Source: Bacillota bacterium
GTDB taxonomy: Bacteria; Bacillota; Limnochordia; Limnochordales; ZCTH02-B6
Length of the DNA stretch: 64,000 bases
Assembly: GCA_017656145.1 (NCBI GenBank)
Contig: JACDOI010000003.1
Coordinates: 35,974-99,973 of the forward strand
Direction: 5' to 3'
Shown here: positions 18,548 to 29,897 of the stretch, one piece after another
How positions within the stretch are numbered: position 1 is the stretch's first letter
How the letters are laid out: every line of letters starts with the position of its first letter
Position numbers and translations under genes: made by a program
Notes under the pieces: generated by a model
Told to the model about the DNA's origin: nothing
The model's input: only the letters and a program-made list of their open reading frames with translations
Database searches by the model: none

Positions 18548-19330
18548 TCATCGCCCGTCTTGACCTGGTACCGACAACTCCTTGAGCCACTCGGCCGCTG
18601 CCATAGAAATTCGAGGATGAACACCTGCTGACAGTAACATCTCGGACACGATCCGCATCTCGTGGGAACGCCGCACCGCGTGCCGCCGGCTGCCGCTGAT
18701 CAGGCGTTCGACCAGCGCCTCGTCGGCGCCCGCGAAGATTGACCTGACCTCGCTCATGTACCAATCCTCGCAGCCGAACCGCTGGGCAGCTCGCAGCCCT
18801 TCAATGACGGCTGCCGCCATACCCTTCATCACGACACTGCGCAACAGCTTCCGGGAGGCGGCGCTGCCCGGACGGCCGTCCACGACTTCCACGGACATTC
18901 CCAGAGGAGCAAACAGCTCGGCAAACCGGGCCGCGCCTTGCCCGGAAACGAGGACCGGCGTGGCGATGCCGCGCCCCGGCACCGGAGCCATCAGGGCGAC
19001 ATCGACGAAGAGAGCTCCAGCCGCCTCCACCGCCCGCGCCACGGCCCGCTTCAACTCGGGAGCGCCGGTATTGAGGTCGGCGTAGAGCGTGCCGGGACTC
19101 AAGTGATCGGCGACCGACGAGGCCACTTCCAGGGCGACCGCGGCCGTGTTGACGCTCAACACGACGTCGGCCCCGCTGACTGCGTCTTGCGCGTTTCCGG
19201 CCTGCACGACTTCCCCGGGCGGTGCCTTGACCGGGTCCCACCCGCGCACGGTCACCGATCGGGCTACCAGGTCCTGAGCGATGGCCGACCCCGCCTCGCC
19301 CAAGCCGAGCATTGCGACGACCAGCGCCAT
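18548..19330 (-). CDS. NAD(P)-binding oxidoreductase (6PGDH-NAD-binding plus DUF1932-like C-terminus)
   Basis: Rossmann N-terminus MALVVAMLGLGEAGSAIAQDL. The ATG at 19330 is preceded by GAGGGG, and the track start at 19423 is a likely over-extension. Confidence 0.65.
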   Translation of the reverse strand: MALVVAMLGLGEAGSAIAQDLVARSVTVRGWDPVKAPPGEVVQAGNAQDAVSGADVVLSVNTAAVALEVASSVADHLSPGTLYADLNTGAPELKRAVARAVEAAGALFVDVALMAPVPGRGIATPVLVSGQGAARFAELFAPLGMSVEVVDGRPGSAASRKLLRSVVMKGMAAAVIEGLRAAQRFGCEDWYMSEVRSIFAGADEALVERLISGSRRHAVRRSHEMRIVSEMLLSAGVHPRISMAAAEWLKELSVPGQDGR

Positions 19331-19643
19331 GCGAATTCCCCTCGTGTCATCTGTATCCATTCGAATAGAACTGCGTGCCCAAACTGTAACACAGGCCTCC
19401 TCGAGCGTCAACCAGATCGCCAAGCACTTTCTTGCACATTTATTTCACGAATTGACCGAGCTTCCGAGGCAACCAGCAGTTCCACTCCGTCATCTACCAT
19501 ACTCCTCCGGCCGCACCCCCCGCGTTCATCCGCACTTGGTCATCTCCGGGTTCATCTACGGCAACGAGCCGACGCCCTTCCCCTGCGGCCGGGCTGCACC
19601 GGGGCAACTCCGGCACCGGCCGCTGTCGGGGGCTTGGCAAGCC

Positions 19644-19689
19644 TTGACAAAGGCGTCAATTACGGCAATGATAATAGTAACGGTTATCA
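19644..19689 (+). promoter_or_regulatory. Promoter with overlapping Fur/PerR-like box
   Basis: TTGACA (19644-19649), then AATGATAAT in the -10 region. The inverted repeat TGATAA-N9-TTATCA (19669-19689) lies about 60 nt upstream of the fur-family gene. Confidence 0.5.
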
Positions 19690-19746
19690 ATAACGAGGAC
19701 GTGCAGGGCAGGAGAGACACCGCTCGTTCCCGAAAGGATGTGAGAC

Positions 19747-20148
19747 ATGAGCAGGTCCAGAAACACGAGGCAAAAAGCTGCGGTGCTCGCCGCGGTCAAG
19801 ATGGCAAAACATCATCCCGACGCGAAGTGGGTATACGAGAAAGTCAGCCGGGAGATTCCGAACATCAGCCTGGGAACCGTCTACCGAGCGCTTGCTGCCC
19901 TCAGCGCCGAGGGGTTGATCAGGGAATATCGCCGCGCTGACGGCCCTTCCCTCTACGACCCCAACACCGAGGACCATTTCCACATCCGCTGCCGCAGTTG
20001 CGGTCGCATTGAGGACGTTCCCCCGGTGCAACTGCCGGACGACATGCTCGAGTCGATCCGGCGAGCCAGCGAGTTTGCGAGGGTCGATCAGGTTCGGCTG
20101 GAGTTCGGCGGCATCTGCTCGGCCTGTGCGGAAAAAACCCGGGAATAG
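19747..20148 (+). CDS. Fur-family transcriptional regulator (PerR/FurA-like, peroxide-responsive by context)
   Basis: 133 aa with a wHTH (LGTVYRALAALSAEGLI), HFHIRCRSCGRIEDV, and a C-terminal CSAC pair. It lies immediately upstream of katG. Confidence 0.85.
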   Translation: MSRSRNTRQKAAVLAAVKMAKHHPDAKWVYEKVSREIPNISLGTVYRALAALSAEGLIREYRRADGPSLYDPNTEDHFHIRCRSCGRIEDVPPVQLPDDMLESIRRASEFARVDQVRLEFGGICSACAEKTRE

Positions 20149-22425
<2,277 letters not shown>

Positions 22426-22437
22426 CAGAACGGGAGC

Positions 22438-22462
22438 GGCCCCGGGGTATTGCCCCGGGGCC
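22438..22462. terminator. Bidirectional stem-loop between katG and the fetB-like gene
   Basis: GGCCCCGGGG-TATTG-CCCCGGGGCC, a perfect 10-bp stem located between convergent genes. Confidence 0.6.
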
Positions 22463-22477
22463 CCCTCGACTCCCGGC

Positions 22478-23284
22478 TCAGGGCGTACCGGGCTTGCTTC
22501 GCTGCAACTCGGGCACAAGCGCTCCGTCCCGGGTAAAGAGGCGCCGGTAGACCGCAAGGACCAGGATGAGGCACGCGAGGGCGACCGCTGCCGCGATCAT
22601 GAGCATGACGACGATTTGATACCGCACCGCGTCCCGGGGGTCGACCCCGCCCAGGATCTGGCCCGTCATCATGCCCGGCAGGCTGACCAGGCCCACCACC
22701 ATCATCGCGTTGATGGTGGGCGTCATCCCCGTCCGCAGCGCCTCCCGCACCGAATCCCGGATCGCCTCCCAGGGGGTGGCGCCGAAGGCGAGGAGCTCTT
22801 CGATCTCATCGAGCCTCGCCCGGGCCGAGCTGTATAGGGTCTGGAGAACCAGGGCGACTCCGTTCATCGCGTTCCCCAGGATCATCCCGAAGATCGGGAT
22901 GGCCACCCGGGCTGTGTACCAGGGCTCGGGCCGGATGATGAGCCCCACCACCACCAGCCCCACCAAGACCGAGCTGGCAAACAGCGCCAGGAAGGCCAGG
23001 AGCCTGGGGTACGGCGCGCCGCCCACCCGCCGCGTGGCTGCCTGCGTGGCCACCGCCGTCATGCCCAGAACGACCAGGCCCACAAGCCACGGCTCATTCA
23101 CCTGGAAGATGAACGCGAGCACGGTACCGATCATCATCAGCTGGACAAAGGTCCGCACCGTACCCACCACAAGGGATCGCAACAGCCCAAGCTGCAGCGC
23201 CGCCGAAACCCCTCCCGTCACCAGCACCAAGATGACGGAGAGTGCAAGCTGCCCGTCGCTGATGGGGATCACTCCGGGCTCCAC
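22478..23284 (-). CDS. fetB: UPF0014/FetB-like ABC transporter permease (putative iron export)
   Basis: 268-aa polytopic ORF that overlaps the upstream ATPase gene. Its size and pattern match YbbM/FetB. Confidence 0.7.
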   Translation of the reverse strand: MEPGVIPISDGQLALSVILVLVTGGVSAALQLGLLRSLVVGTVRTFVQLMMIGTVLAFIFQVNEPWLVGLVVLGMTAVATQAATRRVGGAPYPRLLAFLALFASSVLVGLVVVGLIIRPEPWYTARVAIPIFGMILGNAMNGVALVLQTLYSSARARLDEIEELLAFGATPWEAIRDSVREALRTGMTPTINAMMVVGLVSLPGMMTGQILGGVDPRDAVRYQIVVMLMIAAAVALACLILVLAVYRRLFTRDGALVPELQRSKPGTP

Positions 23285-23973
23285 GATGGAGTCACCTCCT
23301 CCTGGCCTGCGGTAGTCCCCGGTCCCTCTCCATCCAGATCGACCAAGGCGGCCGGGCCCAAGGCGCGGTGATCCTCCGGCAGATGGGAAACCAGCACCAG
23401 GCCCCGGTCCGGGCTGGCCCGGAGCCAGCGGTTCAGAAACTCCAGTACCCGCTGCCGGCTCACCGCGTCCAGGGCCGCAGTAGGTTCATCCAAGAGCAGC
23501 ACCCACGGTTCGGCCAGGACAGCCCTCAGGAGAGCGACCCGGGCCAGCTCTCCCCCGGAGAGGGTGCGGGCGTCTTGATCCGGATCCTTGAGCCCTACCG
23601 CCTCCATGGCGGCGCGCAACCGCTCCTCATCCGGGCGCGCCTCCTTGGCCAACACTTTGAGGCGGAACGGAAACAAAACGTTATCGCGCACCGTGCCGTC
23701 GAAGGCCACCGGCCTTTGGGCTAGGTAATGCACTCGCCGGCGCCAGACGGTGGCGGGATACCGCTCGGCCGGACTGCCCTTCAGCCAGATGCGTCCCGAC
23801 GTCCAGGGCACCAGGCGGGCCAGAGCCCGCAGCAGCGTGGACTTGCCGGCCCCTGACGGGCCTCGCACCACCAGCACCCCGTTCGGGGCCACCGCTCCCG
23901 CGGCGCACACCCGGTGGCCGGGCGCCGGTTCCACGACTAGGTTGTCGAATCGGAGGAGAGCGTCGTTTTTCAT
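23269..23973 (-). CDS. fetA: ABC transporter ATP-binding protein (FetA/YbbL-like)
   Basis: Walker A GPSGAGKST, signature LSGGELARV, Walker B LLLDEPTAALD. Start taken at the ATG at 23973 (MKNDALLRFDNL); the track start at 24090 adds a non-homologous extension. Confidence 0.8.
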   Translation of the reverse strand: MKNDALLRFDNLVVEPAPGHRVCAAGAVAPNGVLVVRGPSGAGKSTLLRALARLVPWTSGRIWLKGSPAERYPATVWRRRVHYLAQRPVAFDGTVRDNVLFPFRLKVLAKEARPDEERLRAAMEAVGLKDPDQDARTLSGGELARVALLRAVLAEPWVLLLDEPTAALDAVSRQRVLEFLNRWLRASPDRGLVLVSHLPEDHRALGPAALVDLDGEGPGTTAGQEEVTPSWSPE

Positions 23974-23983
23974 CTCTGGAACG

Positions 23984-24020
23984 ATCGTAAGCCTTTGGCC
24001 GAGCGGCGTCAAAGGACGCC
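23984..24020 (-). promoter_or_regulatory. Candidate fetAB promoter (TTGACG-17-TACGAT) with palindrome over the -35
   Basis: The minus strand reads GGCGTCCTTTGACGCC (16-bp palindrome, 24005-24020). It contains TTGACG, followed by a 17-nt spacer and TACGAT (23984-23989), only 10 nt before the ATG. Confidence 0.35.
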
Positions 24021-24280
24021 GGGGCCCGATGCGCTCCGCCCAGCGGCCGGAAAGGCGTGGCGCCTCGTGGATATGGCCGTGCAGCGACATGGAAGTAGTC
24101 GTCAGGTATCGACCGAGACGAAAAAGGCAGCCAGGACCGTCTCGGAAAACTCAAGCTGGGACTGCTCCGGCCCGCTGCACGCGGGCGCCCCGGCCGGGGC
24201 CGAAGCGGGCTCCTGGCCGGGGCGCGGTTTCCGGGGGAGGTTCAATTCAAGCGTTTCGCGCTTTTGGGTCGGCCTGCACT

Positions 24281-25558
24281 TCAGTCGATCAGCCCATACC
24301 AGCGGAGGAATTCCTCCACGACCACCCGGGACCACTGGGCCCGCTGGGCCACGGTCGTCTGATGGCGTCCGGACCGGCCCTGCGTAGGTTCAAAGATGAA
24401 CGCCGGAATTCCCATGTCGGCACCGGCCTTGCGGGCCAGCGAGCCTTTTATGGGCGGGCCGATGATGCGGAAGTTGTACGTCAGCCCCGCGGTTCCGTAA
24501 AACGGGTTGTGTTCGGTGTTGAGTACGTTGACCACGTGCTCTGCGAAATCCATAGCATCGCCGGCGTCATAGACGATGATGGTCTGGCCTACGGACAAGG
24601 TGCCTCCGGGGAACCGGTCGCCGGCCTCTCGCAGTCCCCATCCTTCGTGCAGGTCGAGCAGCGCCACAGGCTGGAATTCCAGCACCACGTTCCAGATTTC
24701 CCGGGCCAAAAGCCAGTCGCTGGAGCTGTTGAGGCTGCTTGCGATGGGGAAATGGCGGTTCAAGTCCCTACCGTCCCGGCCGGTGCGGCGGTCCCGCCGG
24801 ACCGCGTCCTTATTCGCCTCCGGGATGACGACGAGCGTACCGCGATCGATGTCCCACGTCTTGGCCACCTCGCCGGCGACGATCCACCCGGACGTCTCCG
24901 AACCGTGAACGCCTCCGACAAGAAACGCGGTCGGGCCGGGATTCGACGAACGGATGATGTAGACTTCTGTGCGGGTTTCGGTGCGGTTGCCGGATTGGAT
25001 GTACCGCACATCCCGGCTGACCTCGGGAGGCTCGGGCTCGGTGCCGGGATCGCCGGGTTCCTCCCCGTCTCCAGGTTCCCCGTCGCCGGGCTCGCCATCA
25101 CCGGGGTCGCCGTCTCCGGGCGGATCCGGCTCCATGCCCGGCGGCTCCAGCGTCACCCGACCGTCTTGAAACTTGGCGACCAACACAACTTCAACCGTCG
25201 AGTCTTTCTCCACGGTCACGGTTCGCTGGACCGCGGCCAGCTCGTCCCCAAGCTCGTCGTAAAGCCGAACCGTTGCCTGCCAGTCGCCCACCGGCACATC
25301 CGAGACCAGCCCGGATGCCTCCGACGCAGACAGCACAAGATCTTGCTCGATGACGCGATCGCCTTTGACCATTGCTGCGGCGGCCGACCCGACGGTGATC
25401 AATTCACGTTGCAGTTCCGTGAGATCAACGACAAACGTGACCGAGCCGGTGTCTACCTGGGCGGGAGGCGTCGAGTTCGCAGGAAAAAAGCCGCAACCGG
25501 CAAGGAGCACGGCGGCCAGCAAAAAGCCGACCGCGAGCGGAAACCGTTTCACTGACAT
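24281..25558 (-). CDS. Lipoprotein with C-terminal AstE/AspA-type (M14-like) zinc deacylase/peptidase domain
   Basis: Lipobox LLAGC. The N-terminal beta-rich domain is followed by an acidic PGDGE-repeat linker and then VGGVHGSETSG, GRDLNRHFP and LLDLHEG, which are zinc carboxypeptidase / succinylglutamate-desuccinylase-like motifs. Confidence 0.7.
   Translation of the reverse strand: MSVKRFPLAVGFLLAAVLLAGCGFFPANSTPPAQVDTGSVTFVVDLTELQRELITVGSAAAAMVKGDRVIEQDLVLSASEASGLVSDVPVGDWQATVRLYDELGDELAAVQRTVTVEKDSTVEVVLVAKFQDGRVTLEPPGMEPDPPGDGDPGDGEPGDGEPGDGEEPGDPGTEPEPPEVSRDVRYIQSGNRTETRTEVYIIRSSNPGPTAFLVGGVHGSETSGWIVAGEVAKTWDIDRGTLVVIPEANKDAVRRDRRTGRDGRDLNRHFPIASSLNSSSDWLLAREIWNVVLEFQPVALLDLHEGWGLREAGDRFPGGTLSVGQTIIVYDAGDAMDFAEHVVNVLNTEHNPFYGTAGLTYNFRIIGPPIKGSLARKAGADMGIPAFIFEPTQGRSGRHQTTVAQRAQWSRVVVEEFLRWYGLID
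25021..25140 (-). repeat. In-frame low-complexity repeat encoding a (P-G-D-G-E/D)n acidic linker
   Basis: Encodes PPGDGDPGDGEPGDGEPGDGEEPGDPGTEPEPP inside the lipoprotein gene. Confidence 0.8.
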
Positions 25559-25837
25559 TCTCGTCTCCCTTTCATTTGGAATCGGGGAACGCCGGCTTTC
25601 CCCGTTCCCAACCCCCGGGATGACCCCCGGTCACTCCCGCTTCTGGCCAGATTTGCGGATCCAGTTAAATCGTAACGAAGCCGGTTTCAAATTACAATTG
25701 CTTACAGATATGTAAGAGAATGGGAGTTATTGGTCGCCGTTCCTCATGCGATCTAACTGAGGAAACGAGTGGATGCCCTGAACGGGGCGTTAAGTGAGGG
25801 CTGACCTGCTTTGAAGACCTACTTTGGATGCACGGAA

Positions 25838-25869
25838 CCGGGGCGGGACGGGCAGCCGTACCGCCCCGG
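25838..25869 (-). terminator. Stem-loop terminator after the SASP gene
   Basis: CCGGGGCGG ... CCGCCCCGG, a 9-bp GC stem 8 nt downstream of the stop at 25877. Confidence 0.55.
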
Positions 25870-25876
25870 CAAGTTA

Positions 25877-26296
25877 CTACTGCTCGTGCGGGACTTGCAC
25901 CTGGAACGGATTCGTGGAGAACCGGGCCTGCGGCGGCTCGGGCTGCGCGGCCGCCGTGGCCTGCGGCGACGGCTGATACTGTTGATGCTGCGTGGCCGTC
26001 TGAGCCGAGGCCTGCCCCAGCGCCTGACGGAATGCGGCTTGCGTCTGCAGCGCCGCCCCTTGGATCAGAGACTGCTCCGCGGCGGCGATCATCCGGCGCA
26101 CCATGTTGCCGCCGACCGCGCCCCATACCCGGGACGGCACTTCGCCGCCGTAGCCCGACTGGTACCAGCTCTGGAGCGCCTTCGCCTGCGGATCCGGGCC
26201 CGCGGCGATCTCGCTGGAAACCTCGTTCTTCAACTGCTCTAACGCCTGCCGGGCCTGAGGTACCAGAGCGCGATTGCTCTTTTGGCCTTCAGCCAT
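25877..26296 (-). CDS. Alpha/beta-type small acid-soluble spore protein with long Gln-rich C-terminal extension
   Basis: SNRALVPQARQALEQLKNEVSSEIA and VGGNMVRRMIAAAEQSLI are the two conserved alpha/beta SASP blocks. SD AGGAGGTGA lies 7 nt upstream. The protein is 139 aa against the usual 60-75. Confidence 0.85.
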   Translation of the reverse strand: MAEGQKSNRALVPQARQALEQLKNEVSSEIAAGPDPQAKALQSWYQSGYGGEVPSRVWGAVGGNMVRRMIAAAEQSLIQGAALQTQAAFRQALGQASAQTATQHQQYQPSPQATAAAQPEPPQARFSTNPFQVQVPHEQ

Positions 26297-26554
26297 TTTG
26301 TTTCACCTCCTGCTTGTAATGTGGAACACAGGTGCCTGGCTTAGCCTGGCACTTTGCTCCGGGGCTGGCAGTGCCAAAAACCCGTTACCCGCTCAGAAAA
26401 GGGATTCGCCGGTCAGAAGGGAATGTCAGAATGTACCAAAAACCATCCCTGCGACGAAGGAGCGAACCGGTATGTACCCTCTGCTCGCCGGCCGGCGGGG
26501 CAGTTCATCGTCGTCGACGACGGGTGCAGCATCGTCGTTTGAGGAGGATCCGGC

Positions 26555-27187
26555 ATGTCGCGGGCGGTCGTTGCACTGGCGACGTGGATATTGATCACCG
26601 CCGTCCTTGTCCCAACCGCTTTGGCTTGCGATGCATACGATGGGCTCATCCGTCAGGCTGCCGATCGCTACCGCGTTCCCTGGTGGCTTGTCAAAGGGCT
26701 CATCGCGGCCGAGTCGGGCTTTTGGGCCGGCGCGCTGCGGGCCGAGCCCCACATCGGCGACGCGGGCCACGGGCTGATGCAGATTTTGCTTTCGACTGCC
26801 CGGGACATGGGATATCGGGGCGGGTCTGAAGGGCTTTTGGACCCGGCGACCAACATCGATCTGGGAACGCGGTATTTCTCGCAGATGGTTTCCCAATTCC
26901 GCGACGTGCGGCTCGCGGTGGCCGCCTACAACGCCGGACCGGGATATGTAGGCCGGCTTGCCGCCCGGTACGGGATGAGCTACGACGCGGTTCGCCCGCA
27001 CCTGCCCGCGGCGGTCCAAGAGCATGTGCGCCGGGTTTTGGCGTACGGCACGGCGTTTCGGGACGGCACCGAACCGGCCTTCGCCTTCCGCTGCCCGGCC
27101 GAACCCGTTCCCGTCCGGTCCGAAACCAGTCCCGCGCTTCTTTTCCTCTTGTTCATCGCGGCGCTGGTGGTGCTCGCGGACTCATGA
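26555..27187 (+). CDS. Lytic transglycosylase (SLT domain) with N-terminal signal/anchor and C-terminal TM
   Basis: AESGFWAGA, GLMQIL and AAYNAGPGYV are SLT-domain motifs. SD GAGGAGGA. Confidence 0.85.
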   Translation: MSRAVVALATWILITAVLVPTALACDAYDGLIRQAADRYRVPWWLVKGLIAAESGFWAGALRAEPHIGDAGHGLMQILLSTARDMGYRGGSEGLLDPATNIDLGTRYFSQMVSQFRDVRLAVAAYNAGPGYVGRLAARYGMSYDAVRPHLPAAVQEHVRRVLAYGTAFRDGTEPAFAFRCPAEPVPVRSETSPALLFLLFIAALVVLADS

Positions 27188-27233
27188 AGGCCGGGCGAGC
27201 CGTACCGTCCTCGCTTTCCGCTCCGGTCCCGGA

Positions 27234-28391
27234 TCAGCGCTCGGCCAAGTATGCGGCAAGCCGCTCCATCCCCTCATCGATGGCATCGATGGACGCCGCA
27301 TACGAGAGGCGCAAAAACCCTTCCCCGCGCGAGCCGAAGTCGATGCCGGGCGCCACAGCAACGCCCGCCTTGTTCAACAGGTCAAAGGCCAATCGGTGGG
27401 AGTTGCGGTCGATGCGGGAAGCGTCCACGAAAACGTAGAAGGCCCCGGTCGGCCGGGATCGGACCGGCAGCCCGACGTCGTTTAGCCGCTGAAGCAGATG
27501 CAGCCTCCGCCGGTTGTACTCGGCAGCCATTTGAGCCACGTGCTCACCGCACTCTTCCAGGGCGGCGACGCCCGCGTGCTGCACGAAGGCGTTGGCGCAG
27601 ATAAATAGGTTTTGCTGGAGCTTTTGTATGGGGCGAACAAAGTCCGGGGGCACCACGGCGTATCCGAGCCGCCAGCCGGTCATCGCATACCGCTTGGAGA
27701 ACCCGTCGATGACGAACGCCCGGTCCGTCACTTCCAGCGCCGACCGGGCGCGGCCTTCGTAGGTCAGGCCGTGGTAAATTTCATCCACGATGAGATATCC
27801 GCCCCGCTCCGCGACGGTTTCCGCCAGCTCCCCCAACGCCCCAGCCGACATTACGGTGCCCGTCGGATTGCCGGGCGAGGCCAACAGCACCGCCTTGGTT
27901 CTCGGGGTCCAGCGGGCTCGCACCTGCGCGGGATCGAGCGCGAAGTCGCAACCTTCTTCTACGGGCACGTCCACCGGGCGGCCGCCCGCGGCAGCCACAA
28001 AGTTGGGATAGCACGGGTAACGGGGATTGGGCATGATCACCTCGTCGCCCGGATCAAGCAAAGCGAGCAGAACGAGCAGCAAGGCGGGCGAGGTGCCGGA
28101 GGTGACGACCACCTGGCCCGGCGAAACCGGTACCCCGTACGCGCTCTCGTAATGCCGGGCAATGGCCTCCCGAAGGGGCAAGATACCGAGGCTGGATGTG
28201 TAATGCGTCATTCCGGCGGCCATCGCCCGCTGCGCGGCCTGGACGATAGGCGCCGGCGTGGCAAAATCGGGCTCGCCGATTTCCAGGTGGACAACGGACC
28301 GGCCCTGCCCTTCCAAGGCCTGAGCCCGCTCCAGCACATCCATCACAAGAAACGGCCGCAGATCATAAGCCCGTCGGGATACCGGGTCCAC
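27234..28391 (-). CDS. Class I/II pyridoxal-phosphate aminotransferase (AspC/AlaA-like)
   Basis: HLEIGEPDF, SPGNPTG and FSKRYAMTGWRLGY (PLP lysine). The GTG at 28391 follows AAAGGAGG, and the track ATG at 28445 is possible but lacks an SD. Confidence 0.85.
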   Translation of the reverse strand: MDPVSRRAYDLRPFLVMDVLERAQALEGQGRSVVHLEIGEPDFATPAPIVQAAQRAMAAGMTHYTSSLGILPLREAIARHYESAYGVPVSPGQVVVTSGTSPALLLVLLALLDPGDEVIMPNPRYPCYPNFVAAAGGRPVDVPVEEGCDFALDPAQVRARWTPRTKAVLLASPGNPTGTVMSAGALGELAETVAERGGYLIVDEIYHGLTYEGRARSALEVTDRAFVIDGFSKRYAMTGWRLGYAVVPPDFVRPIQKLQQNLFICANAFVQHAGVAALEECGEHVAQMAAEYNRRRLHLLQRLNDVGLPVRSRPTGAFYVFVDASRIDRNSHRLAFDLLNKAGVAVAPGIDFGSRGEGFLRLSYAASIDAIDEGMERLAAYLAER

Positions 28392-28582
28392 CGCCCATCG
28401 GCCTCCTTTTCTTTCCAGGATTCTTCTCGCGCGGCGCAGCCCCATCCTGCCGCTTCAGGGCGGTTCCGTCCAGGGCGGCAAACCGGCCGGCAGCCGGCAA
28501 CGGCGACCGGTGACCCACCGCATGCCGGCAGGCAGGGACCGGGACCGAAACCTGGAACTTCTCTTCCCAAGGAGGCGAGCTC

Positions 28583-29557
28583 TTGTCCGCGCACCCGCCG
28601 TTTCTCGAGTTTTTCGTCGAGCCCAACGACGACGGCCGTGCCTTGGCTCGCATCCTCCGCCAGCGGTGGCACCTGTCGCGCACCCTCTTGCGCCGGCTGA
28701 AGCGGGACGGCGCTGTCCACCTCAACGGTCGGCCGGTGCCGCTTCGGGAGCCGGTTCGGTCCGGCGACCGGGTGGCCGTGTTTTTGCCCGAGGGATTGGC
28801 CAGCCGGGTGCGGGCGGAACCGGTGCCGCTGTCTGTTGTGTACGAAGACGCTCACGTTCTGGTACTGGACAAGCCGGCCGGCCTGTTAACCCATCCGGCC
28901 CGGGCGGAGGTGAGCGGGACGCTGGCCAACGGCGTGGCCCAATACCTGGTTTCCCGGGGCGATCCCCCCTTTGTCGCGCCGGTCAACCGGCTGGATCGGA
29001 ACACGTCGGGCCTTGTTGTGTTCGCCCGCCATCCCCACGCCCACCATATGCTGTCCACGCAGCTTGCCCGCGGCCTTTTGCGGCGCACGTATCTCGCCGT
29101 CGTAGAAGGCGTCGTCAAAAACGACAACGGAGTCGTCGATGCGCCCATCCGCCGGGTACCCGGTGAAACGTCCCGGCGGGAAGTGGGGCCCGGCGGCCAG
29201 CCAGCCGTTACCCGCTACCGGGTTCTCGCCCGCACCCGGCCTGGCCGCCGGGGCAGCGAGCCCCTCGAACCCGATTCCCGTGAAACGGGATTGGCCGCAA
29301 CCATCCTGGAGGTGAACTTGGAAACAGGTCGCACGCATCAGATACGAGTGCACCTGGCGCACTTGGGCCACCCGCTCTTGGGCGACGGGCTGTACGGAAA
29401 GACGATTCCAGGCGTTGCCGAACGGCAAGCGCTGCACGCGGCCCGCGTCGAATTCCCGCATCCCGCGGACGGGCGCCGGATGCGGTTTGAAAGCCCTTTG
29501 CCGGCCGACCTCGCCGAGCTTTTGGTTTTTTTGGGACTTCCCTCGCCCGTCAACTAG
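28583..29557 (+). CDS. RluA-family 23S rRNA pseudouridine synthase (RluD-like, with S4 domain)
   Basis: HVLVLDKPAGLLTHP, NRLDRNTSGLVVFA and GRTHQIRVHLAHLGHPLLGD. TTG start after AAGGAGG. Confidence 0.9.
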   Translation: MSAHPPFLEFFVEPNDDGRALARILRQRWHLSRTLLRRLKRDGAVHLNGRPVPLREPVRSGDRVAVFLPEGLASRVRAEPVPLSVVYEDAHVLVLDKPAGLLTHPARAEVSGTLANGVAQYLVSRGDPPFVAPVNRLDRNTSGLVVFARHPHAHHMLSTQLARGLLRRTYLAVVEGVVKNDNGVVDAPIRRVPGETSRREVGPGGQPAVTRYRVLARTRPGRRGSEPLEPDSRETGLAATILEVNLETGRTHQIRVHLAHLGHPLLGDGLYGKTIPGVAERQALHAARVEFPHPADGRRMRFESPLPADLAELLVFLGLPSPVN

Positions 29558-29897
29558 GTCCCAAGGCAGATTATCGTGGGACCCAAGTCCCGTTCTGTCG
29601 AACGATGCAGGATTCTCTGCTGCTCGCATCGGATGTAAAGGAGTACACCTTCCCATAAAGGCAAACCAGGGGCGACCCTGGGACGCAAAGCCGCAAGTCT
29701 GGACGGGTTCGTCCAGATGGTTGGGTTGCTGGAAAGGATGGACCGCAACGATGGGTCGATTGTTGCGCGCGGTGCTGGCCGTGTTTCGCCGCAAGCGCCC
29801 CGAGCGCGCCGTCGGCTTGACGGCGGAAGAGCGCCGGGCGCTCTTTGGCAGCCTGATCCAAGGCCGATCGAAGTGAAGGGCGAATCCCGGCACGGGT

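Noticed and set aside
25021-25140. Tandem 15-nt-like repeats considered as a possible CRISPR or VNTR element
   Set aside because: They are in frame inside a gene and encode a PGDGE linker. There are no spacers and no repeat-spacer periodicity.
23750-25555. 601-aa plus-strand ORF spanning the fetA-like and lipoprotein genes
   Set aside because: It is antisense to two genes with clear family motifs. It crosses an intergenic region and has an Arg/Pro/Gly-rich translation.
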